Assembly: GCA_017541375.1 (NCBI GenBank)
Contig: JAFXZE010000005.1
Coordinates: 213,919 to 245,918, forward strand
Source of the DNA: Clostridia bacterium
Lineage (GTDB): Bacteria; Bacillota; Clostridia; Christensenellales; UBA1242
Reading direction: 5' to 3'
DNA length: 32,000 nucleotides
The position numbers and the translations under genes were made by a program. Shown here piece by piece: positions 7,493 to 14,138 of the stretch (the stretch's first letter is position 1; the number at the start of each line of letters is the position of its first letter). The notes under the pieces were generated by a model that was given only the letters and a program-made list of their open reading frames with translations, searched no databases and had not been told where the DNA came from.

Positions 7493-10156
7493 TTATTCAC
7501 TTCTTAGCGCCACGACTGGGTCTCGCTTTGCTGCGACTCGTGCCGGCACTACACCAGCTATCAGTGTAAGTACCACACTGATTAGTATCAATAATAGACA
7601 TGGCACAAACGGCAATTGCGCTAGGCCTGATATGCCTGCAAGCGTTGCTAAAATTATGTTGATCGGAATCAACAGTAAAAATGCCACCAATATCCCCAGT
7701 AGTCCACTAAACAAACCTATCATTCCACTTTCCGCCGTAAATACATGCTTGATATCTCGCTTTGATGCACCTACGCTACGCAATACTCCAATTTCCTTTG
7801 TGCGCTCTATTACTGAAATGTAGGTAATTATCCCTATCATTATCGAGCTAACTATAAGCGAAACTGACACAAACGCAATCAATACATATGAAATGGAGGT
7901 AATTATGGTGGATAAACTACTCATCAGCGTACCTGCAAGGTCAGAATAAGATATTTTATTCTCTTTGGAAACAGTATTGTTATATTCTTCGATAAAGGCT
8001 TTTATTTTGTTTTTGCCCTCAAAAGAAACTGCATACAAACTAATAGCTGTAGGCAAACTTAGGTCGATTGGCTTTATTACATCTTTGTTATTTACTGTGG
8101 TAGCTTTAGCATTATGATAGTCTATCATACTCTTAGCAAAGGCAGGAGAATAGTTTAGCCCAACACTTAGTACATTAGTCCCAGCATCCTCTTTTAGTCG
8201 TAATATTCCCACCACTTTTACAACATTTTCGCACATATATAGCGCATCATCTAAAACTTCATCTTTCTTTGCTTGCTCAGCTGCTGTGGCTTCATAATAA
8301 TTTTTGTACACTGTTTCAGTTTCTGTTGATGCTATTGTGTCTTTCACTACATAGTCACTTATATTCAATACTTTAAATTCCTTACCTAACACATCTTCGT
8401 ATTTTATACTAAAAGTTTGTTTTTTACCACGAAGCATGTTGTTAATGTAAGCATTCATTTCATCATCTGAAATAAGCCCTAATGCATATAAAATTGAGTC
8501 ATCAAGCTCACTATTTTTATCTAATACTAAATAAACATCTTTAGCATCTTTTACTTTTTCACCTGCTATCAAATCGTAGTTTTGTTCTATCAAAGTCTCA
8601 TTATCTATCATCTCACTAACAGCTCCAGTGCTAGTAGTACGATAACTATTTAGATTGATGCTACCTTGAGTAAGTTTTGAAATTATCGTCATAATCTGCA
8701 TCAAGTTTAAACTATAACGCCCTTCCTCTTGCAACTTTTCACTAGCCTCTTTACTTACATACCCCTCTACAATAGGATAGAGTGTTTCTCCTTCAATGGG
8801 TGTAACTATATATTCTTCACTTCCACTAGGCGCTATATTTACCCTCGCTACATAACTAAAATAATTTAGCGAGTACATTATCGCCATTTTAAACAAAGCC
8901 GAACTCCGTGGATAAACCCCTGCCTGACTAGCCTCTTCTATATCACTTCGATAAAACTCTAATCCCAAGTCATATGAGCATCCAATAGCTGTCAGCACAT
9001 CTTTGAGTTTATCCTTATTTAAATTGAGATATCTATAGAATGGAGCTAGGTCATTTAGAGTTGAGCTTGATGCAACTGAATCTAATAACCCCAACAACTG
9101 TTCTTTAGGGTAGATTTTGTCTTCATCATGCACTGTTTTTTCCTCATTATTGGAGGGCATAAACATCGCCGTCAGTGCTGACTGAAGGTCGATACTTTTG
9201 GTTTGAATCGTGACTGGATAATTGGCTAAAGATTGCTCTTGCATATTATTTACATAATTATTAAATCCATTACTAATCGCCAGCACCAAAGCTATTCCGA
9301 TTATTCCAATAGCCCCCGCAAAAGACACCAAAAAGGTGCGCGCTTTTTTGGTCATCAAGTTTCTGAGGCTTAGCATCAGTGCTGTAAATATCGACATTTT
9401 AGTCTTTGGGGTGGATTTTTTCTTCTTGCGTGCTGTAGTAACAGGTTGTTCTGTTGGCTTTACCACCTCAATCGCTGATTTATAAGGATTTGAGTCATCA
9501 ATTATTTTTCCATCCAGCAATTTTACTATTCGGGTACTATATTTTTCCGCAAGTTCTGGGTTGTGCGTCACCATCACAATCAGTTTGTCCTTAGAAATCT
9601 CCTTGAGTAGCTCCATAATCTGCACACTAGTAACAGTATCGAGTGCCCCTGTAGGCTCGTCAGCTAAGATAATCTCGGGGTCATTTACCAGCGCTCGTGC
9701 AATTGCCACCCTCTGCATCTGGCCACCACTAAGTTGATTGGGCCTATATTTTAGTTTATCGCCTAACCCCACCTTTTTTAGTACCGCAGCAGCTCGTTTC
9801 TTTCGTTCTTCCTTACCAATTCCAGATAAAGTGAGGGCTAACTCCACATTTTCGAGTACTGTTTGATGAGGAATTAGATTATAACTTTGAAAAACAAAGC
9901 CTACCGAGTGGTTTCGATAACTATCCCAATCCTTGTCTGTATAAAGCTTGGTTGACTTACCATTTATCACCAAATCACCACTATTATAGCGGTCTAATCC
10001 TCCCACAATATTGAGTAAAGTGGTCTTTCCACAACCACTTGGTCCAAGTATGGACACAAACTCACTTTGGCGAAATTCTATAGAAATCCCCTTCAACGCC
10101 TCCACATGCTGATCCGCCGTTTTATAAATCTTTTTAATCTTATCGAGTTTTAACAT
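7493..10156 (-). CDS. Fused ABC transporter: N-terminal ATPase plus C-terminal FtsX/MacB-type permease with a large extracytoplasmic domain
   Basis: Walker A is GPSGCGKTT, the signature is LSGGQMQRVAIARAL, and Walker B is IILADEPTGALD. A TM segment and a roughly 450-aa loop follow. The C-terminal FtsX-like 4-TM block contains VLRSVGASKRDIKHVFTAES. Confidence 0.9.
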   Translation of the reverse strand: MLKLDKIKKIYKTADQHVEALKGISIEFRQSEFVSILGPSGCGKTTLLNIVGGLDRYNSGDLVINGKSTKLYTDKDWDSYRNHSVGFVFQSYNLIPHQTVLENVELALTLSGIGKEERKKRAAAVLKKVGLGDKLKYRPNQLSGGQMQRVAIARALVNDPEIILADEPTGALDTVTSVQIMELLKEISKDKLIVMVTHNPELAEKYSTRIVKLLDGKIIDDSNPYKSAIEVVKPTEQPVTTARKKKKSTPKTKMSIFTALMLSLRNLMTKKARTFLVSFAGAIGIIGIALVLAISNGFNNYVNNMQEQSLANYPVTIQTKSIDLQSALTAMFMPSNNEEKTVHDEDKIYPKEQLLGLLDSVASSSTLNDLAPFYRYLNLNKDKLKDVLTAIGCSYDLGLEFYRSDIEEASQAGVYPRSSALFKMAIMYSLNYFSYVARVNIAPSGSEEYIVTPIEGETLYPIVEGYVSKEASEKLQEEGRYSLNLMQIMTIISKLTQGSINLNSYRTTSTGAVSEMIDNETLIEQNYDLIAGEKVKDAKDVYLVLDKNSELDDSILYALGLISDDEMNAYINNMLRGKKQTFSIKYEDVLGKEFKVLNISDYVVKDTIASTETETVYKNYYEATAAEQAKKDEVLDDALYMCENVVKVVGILRLKEDAGTNVLSVGLNYSPAFAKSMIDYHNAKATTVNNKDVIKPIDLSLPTAISLYAVSFEGKNKIKAFIEEYNNTVSKENKISYSDLAGTLMSSLSTIITSISYVLIAFVSVSLIVSSIMIGIITYISVIERTKEIGVLRSVGASKRDIKHVFTAESGMIGLFSGLLGILVAFLLLIPINIILATLAGISGLAQLPFVPCLLLILISVVLTLIAGVVPARVAAKRDPVVALRSE

Positions 10157-10187
10157 AACTCACATCCTATTTTTTTGTTTATGATTT

Positions 10188-10216
10188 ATTGTAACATACT
10201 TTTTAAAATTCTCCAA
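10188..10216 (-). promoter_or_regulatory. Putative promoter of the ABC transporter gene
   Basis: On the minus strand: -35 TTGGAG (10216-10211), a 17-nt spacer, and an extended -10 TGtTACAAT (TACAAT = 10193-10188). Confidence 0.4.
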
Positions 10217-10350
10217 ATGTTTATAAAAAAATTTTTTTAAAAATTTACAAAAAATAACACATATGCCTGTTAATTTTAGAACCACAAAAAAAGCCCTAAA
10301 CGAATGGTTTTTAGGACTTTGGGGTTATTGATTAGTTAGATTGCCATATC

Positions 10351-10391
10351 AGACATAAATAGCCCTCCTCGCAATGACAATATTTATGTCT
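10351..10391 (-). repeat. 11-bp perfect inverted repeat overlapping the stop codon of the 10390 gene
   Basis: AGACATAAATA (10351-10361) pairs with TATTTATGTCT (10381-10391) around a 19-nt loop. No U-run follows it. A weaker hairpin plus a T-run on the minus strand lies at about 10284-10317. Confidence 0.5.
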
Positions 10392-11031
10392 ACTTTTTGG
10401 ATGCACTGATCAAGTAACAATAGTTATATATATGTGGATAGCTTAACTTAATATTTTGATAATATTTTGCAAAAATATTCTTTACTTTCATAGGCGTGGC
10501 ATTTTTATTTTTGCAATTTTTACTCTCTTTATTAAACCAATTGAGAATTAGCACATTTTCGCATATCTTAGACAACTTTTCTACCAATTTTTCGATGTCC
10601 ATAATACACATTAACACATCTTTACATACCAAAAAATCATACTTTTTATCCAATTTTTTAGTATCTAATTTTTCAAGATCAGCTAAAACAAACTTAGTTT
10701 TTTTGCTCTTTAGTAAGCGGGACTTTAAATAGTCTTCAATGTCCACGCATGTAATGGAATTTACCTTTTCATTTTTTGAAATATAGTTTGTAAGTAGCCC
10801 ATATTCACAGCCTATTTCTAGTACATTTCCATATATGCCATCAAATAATTGATGAGCTTTGTGGGCGTTAAAGTTTATCGCCTCTGTTTTGTCGATAGTA
10901 TGAGCCTGTTTACACTTGGGACAAGTCAACTCCAGCGAAAAATCATCCGACCAGCTATATGGGTGGAGCTCTGATAAAAACGAAACTTCCTCACCACACC
11001 TACATTCATATCCTACAATATTGTTTTTCAT
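10390..11031 (-). CDS. Zinc-ribbon plus class I methyltransferase-fold protein with a degenerate SAM motif
   Basis: The N-terminus carries CRCG...CPKCK (a 4-Cys ribbon). The motif I position reads VLEIGCEYG instead of GxGxG. Acidic motif II is VCVDIED. The RBS is GGAGGAAAGTT-ATG. The start lies 18 nt after the upstream gene, so the two are probably co-transcribed. Confidence 0.65.
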   Translation of the reverse strand: MKNNIVGYECRCGEEVSFLSELHPYSWSDDFSLELTCPKCKQAHTIDKTEAINFNAHKAHQLFDGIYGNVLEIGCEYGLLTNYISKNEKVNSITCVDIEDYLKSRLLKSKKTKFVLADLEKLDTKKLDKKYDFLVCKDVLMCIMDIEKLVEKLSKICENVLILNWFNKESKNCKNKNATPMKVKNIFAKYYQNIKLSYPHIYNYCYLISASKK

Positions 11032-11049
11032 AACTTTCCTCCATTTTTA

Positions 11050-11658
11050 TCAAAATTTTCTTATTTCTTCTAGTAGTTTGTTTTTGATGGTTTGTACATC
11101 GTTGTCGCCTGTAAAGTAATTAAAGTTTTCTTTCTCGATATTTTCGATTTTTTCAGACAACTTTTCACTCAAAACACTGCAATTTGCCTTTAGATTTATT
11201 AAAAATGTCTCAAATAACTCTTTGTTTAGTTTTATATTCAACTCAGTCATTATAGTACTATCTTGAAAATGTGTGTCCAGTTTGATATGTAGATACTTGT
11301 TATTTACAACGGACACCTTACTTTCGGGCGTAGTTTCTATGATAAAGTTTATTTTTCTACCATTCTTAACTATTTCATCAAAGCTTTCACCATAAAATGT
11401 CTTGTCATCCTCATCTTCTTGAGTGCCATCATACAAAACACTTTTCCTCCCCTCCAAAAAACCTTTCAAGTTCGATAACTCCGTAAAAATCCTAAATGTT
11501 TGTGAAAAAGCATTTTGCTCAACTGTAAAATCAAAGGAAAACAAGATGTACGGTCCCCATACGTAAGTACAAGCCAAATCACAATGTAAATTTGACACAA
11601 CCAATCCTACATCATTTGATAAATCTTTATAAACTATTCTTTCTTCAGTACCATCCAT
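11050..11658 (-). CDS. Hypothetical protein with no recognisable motif
   Basis: The track ORF is 11050..11664. The AGGAG at 11670-11666 is only 1 nt from the first ATG but 7 nt from the ATG at 11658 (MDGTEE), so I prefer 11658. The gene is co-oriented between metG and the methyltransferase-like gene. Confidence 0.55.
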   Translation of the reverse strand: MDGTEERIVYKDLSNDVGLVVSNLHCDLACTYVWGPYILFSFDFTVEQNAFSQTFRIFTELSNLKGFLEGRKSVLYDGTQEDEDDKTFYGESFDEIVKNGRKINFIIETTPESKVSVVNNKYLHIKLDTHFQDSTIMTELNIKLNKELFETFLINLKANCSVLSEKLSEKIENIEKENFNYFTGDNDVQTIKNKLLEEIRKF

Positions 11659-11729
11659 ACACATACTCCTTTTTTTATTTTTTACTACATACCCACAAAA
11701 TTTGAAGGGTATCCTACCTAAATTGAGTA

Positions 11730-13676
11730 TTATACCTGCGAAATATGTTTTTTAAAGAAATCAAAGTGTGCTTCGATAAATTTAAATTTTTCCACTTTCG
11801 GATAGATGTCAAAGAATGTCTTTTCTACATTATTCCAATCAAAGAGTTTTTTATCCGCATTTAAGTATTTTACAAGGTTTTCCACACTAGCTGGTGCCAA
11901 CGGATGCACAAGCAATACTCCTGTTTTTATGATGTGAATACTATCCGCTATCAACTGCTCTAAGGTGGCTGTATCTTGCTTTTTGGAACGAACTACCCAA
12001 TCTTGATTTGCCTTTCTAAAGTACTTGTCTAGGAGTATCATTACATTAGCAAAGTCGAATTTTCCCATCAAATCTTGATATTCTTCACAAACTTTTGTTG
12101 CCTCATCCACGACAATTTTACTAGGTTTTGTTTTTGGTAATTTGTTATCTAGCATAGATTGATAACTATAAAATACCGATCTAATCAACCTATTAAATAT
12201 ATTGTTTAGCATAGCGCTGGGCGCTAAAAATGGGTCGCCTGTCGTTGCGTATTCTACAGGGTTATACACCTTTGATTTAAACTCAGTTGCTGTAGAATGT
12301 ACATTAGTAGAGAGGAAATAGCATCTCACCTGCTCTGGAGTATAGTGTTCTAATAAATCTCTTGCCATTGGTGGAGGTAAAGCACCGCTACTGCTAGCTT
12401 TCTTTCCTCCCCACAATATGTGTTTGTTAGCTATCACAGTAGTTGGTTGTAAATCGCCATTATTAGGTTTCATTCCCCCACGATCATTATTCATAGCGAC
12501 AAACATCGCTTGTTGTGCTAAACAATAAAAATATATGTTATCTTCTCCGATAAACTGCACGATTTGAGTATCTTTATTACACCACCAGTCTTGCCATTTT
12601 GTAGGCTTTTTATTAGCGGTTAAATAATAATCTGTAAATGACAGAGGAGCCCACAATGATTCTGGCCACACATAAAATGTCAAGTCCTTTGAGCCTGCAC
12701 TTTTAGCTGGAACCGGTACGCCCCATGGTGTGTTGCCCGTAATACGTAAAGGAGCCAAAGTTTTGTTTGTTGAATATCTTATCCCTGCATCATGCAAAAT
12801 TTCACAAGCCTCATCTCTATCAACTACATTACTAAATGTAAGCTCAATTCGGTCTTTTTTCTCATCAAATATATTATTTAGCACATTATTTAGCTTTACC
12901 TTATCAAACTTACTTTTTTCCTTACTCGATACAAAAATTTGAGGTCTAGTGAGATAATCCCTCATCTCTTTTAGCATAAATTTCCTCAAAAAGCCGCTGT
13001 CTTTGAAATCTTGTACACGCTCTAATAAATAGTTTCTATATTCGTCTAGCGGAAAATAATAATTGGTAATTTTGCGTAATTCAGGCTTGGTTTTACTCAA
13101 GTTGCTGATTGGATCTATTAAGTCTGTGGGGTCAAATTGATGCCCTAAAGCACATTCGTCAGCATACGCTTCTTCTGATTCACATCCCTCGATAGGACAT
13201 CTCCCGCTTACTTGTCTCCCATTTAAAAATACGCCCAATTTTGTGTCAAAAAACTGTAAAGTTTCTTTCTTTTGCAACTTTCCATTGTTTTTTAAAGTAT
13301 CAAAAAAGTAAGCGCTCATCTTTTCGTGAGTAGCTTTAGCTGGCGGCAAACATGATGCATAGAAATCGTTTAATGAAACCAAATAGCTATCTATCGTGTA
13401 TTTTTGCTCTTTGTTAAATCGTGTAACATACTCCGGCAAAGTTTCACTAATCTTTCCTGCCTCTTTCAGCCTACGATATTTCTCATCAGTACTCGACCCA
13501 TAACCATCAGTTCCACAAATGTAGATGACATTTTCTTCCCCAATTCTATCCCGCATATATCTTGCGTAAAAATCACCAAAAATAAAGCATGAAATATGAC
13601 CTAAATGGAGGTCTTTATTCCCATTTGGCATACCGCCTGTAATCAATACTTTTTTGGGTAAATCGATTCTTTTCAT
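11730..13676 (-). CDS. metG: Methionyl-tRNA synthetase, divergent form
   Basis: The HIGH motif is DLHLGH. The zinc knuckle is CPIEGCESEEAYADEC. WGVPVP and YVW blocks are present, and the anticodon-binding helix region is NQDWVVRSKK...LVHPLAP. The KMSKS position reads KASSS. Confidence 0.85.
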   Translation of the reverse strand: MKRIDLPKKVLITGGMPNGNKDLHLGHISCFIFGDFYARYMRDRIGEENVIYICGTDGYGSSTDEKYRRLKEAGKISETLPEYVTRFNKEQKYTIDSYLVSLNDFYASCLPPAKATHEKMSAYFFDTLKNNGKLQKKETLQFFDTKLGVFLNGRQVSGRCPIEGCESEEAYADECALGHQFDPTDLIDPISNLSKTKPELRKITNYYFPLDEYRNYLLERVQDFKDSGFLRKFMLKEMRDYLTRPQIFVSSKEKSKFDKVKLNNVLNNIFDEKKDRIELTFSNVVDRDEACEILHDAGIRYSTNKTLAPLRITGNTPWGVPVPAKSAGSKDLTFYVWPESLWAPLSFTDYYLTANKKPTKWQDWWCNKDTQIVQFIGEDNIYFYCLAQQAMFVAMNNDRGGMKPNNGDLQPTTVIANKHILWGGKKASSSGALPPPMARDLLEHYTPEQVRCYFLSTNVHSTATEFKSKVYNPVEYATTGDPFLAPSAMLNNIFNRLIRSVFYSYQSMLDNKLPKTKPSKIVVDEATKVCEEYQDLMGKFDFANVMILLDKYFRKANQDWVVRSKKQDTATLEQLIADSIHIIKTGVLLVHPLAPASVENLVKYLNADKKLFDWNNVEKTFFDIYPKVEKFKFIEAHFDFFKKHISQV

Positions 13677-13705
13677 TACTCCACTCCTAATTAATTCTAA
13701 CTTTG

Positions 13706-13734
13706 ATTATAACATAATTTTTTTGTTTTATCAA
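13706..13734 (-). promoter_or_regulatory. Putative metG promoter
   Basis: On the minus strand: -35 TTGATA (13734-13729), a 17-nt spacer, and an extended -10 TGtTATAAT (TATAAT = 13711-13706). Confidence 0.5.
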
Positions 13735-13772
13735 TGTTTTGAGGTCTAAAACAAAATTTTTTTGATTTTCAA

Positions 13773-13801
13773 TTGACTATTACTCAAACTTATGTTATAA
13801 T
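13773..13801 (+). promoter_or_regulatory. Putative promoter of the tRNA-Gly/tRNA-Leu unit
   Basis: -35 TTGACT (13773-13778), a 17-nt spacer, and an extended -10 TGtTATAAT (TATAAT = 13796-13801). The tRNA starts 10 nt later. Confidence 0.6.
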
Positions 13802-13811
13802 GAAACTATAT

Positions 13812-13885
13812 GCGGGCGTAGCTCAGTGGTAGAGCGCCAGCCTTCCAAGCTGGTTACGAGGGTTCGATTCCCTTCGCCCGCTCCA
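13812..13885 (+). tRNA. tRNA-Gly (anticodon UCC), CCA encoded
   Basis: I folded the cloverleaf by hand. The acceptor stem is GCGGGCG/CGCCCGC and the D arm is GCTC-AGTGGTA-GAGC. The anticodon stem CCAGC/GCTGG carries the loop CTTCCAA. The T arm is GAGGG-TTCGATT-CCCTT, with discriminator T and CCA. Confidence 0.95.
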
Positions 13886-13930
13886 TTAGGAGCATAGCGA
13901 CTATGAGTGGTCTGTGCACTCACTTTCATC

Positions 13931-13942
13931 TCGCCCGCTCCA
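13931..13942 (+). repeat. Duplicate of the last 12 nt of tRNA-Gly
   Basis: TCGCCCGCTCCA at 13874-13885 (the tRNA 3' end) is repeated exactly at 13931-13942, 7 nt before tRNA-Leu. Confidence 0.8.
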
Positions 13943-13949
13943 TTTTTTT

Positions 13950-14032
13950 GCGAATGTGGCGGAATTGGTAGACGCGCTAGGTTCAGGTCTTAGTGGGAAA
14001 CCATGGGGGTTCGAGTCCCTTCATTCGCACCA
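13950..14032 (+). tRNA. tRNA-Leu (anticodon CAG), class II with long variable arm, CCA encoded
   Basis: The acceptor stem is GCGAATG/CATTCGC and the D loop is GAATTGGTAGA. The anticodon stem CTAGG/CTTAG carries the loop TTCAGGT. The variable arm is 11 nt. The T arm is GGGGG-TTCGAGT-CCCTT, with discriminator A and CCA. Confidence 0.92.
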
Positions 14033-14038
14033 CGTTAA

Positions 14039-14073
14039 GACTAAATCGAATTTCGATTTAGTCCTTTTTATTT
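14039..14073 (+). terminator. Intrinsic terminator after tRNA-Leu (inside the left edge of the islet)
   Basis: GACTAAATCGAA-T-TTCGATTTAGTC is a near-perfect palindrome (14039-14063), followed by CTTTTTATTT. Confidence 0.7.
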
Positions 14074-14107
14074 AACTTTTAAAAAAATATACTTTTATAA
14101 AAATTTA

Positions 14108-14116
14108 TGTTATAAT
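14108..14116 (+). promoter_or_regulatory. Extended -10 element upstream of the helicase-nuclease gene
   Basis: TGTTATAAT lies 22 nt upstream of the ATG at 14139. There is no good -35. Confidence 0.35.
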
Positions 14117-14138
14117 CTAATTTATTGAAAGAATAAAT

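Noticed and set aside
7479-7823. Other antisense track ORFs (7479..7823, 10496..10732, 12730..12942, 14597..14866, 24574..24867, 28067..28583, 29184..30002, 30797..31228 and similar)
   Set aside because: Each is fully embedded antisense in a well-supported longer gene with recognisable motifs. None has an independent RBS or promoter signal.
13677-13811. T-box leader upstream of metG
   Set aside because: Only about 30 nt separate the predicted metG -10 from the start codon. The whole intergenic region is 135 nt and is shared with the divergent tRNA promoter, which is too short for a T-box riboswitch.
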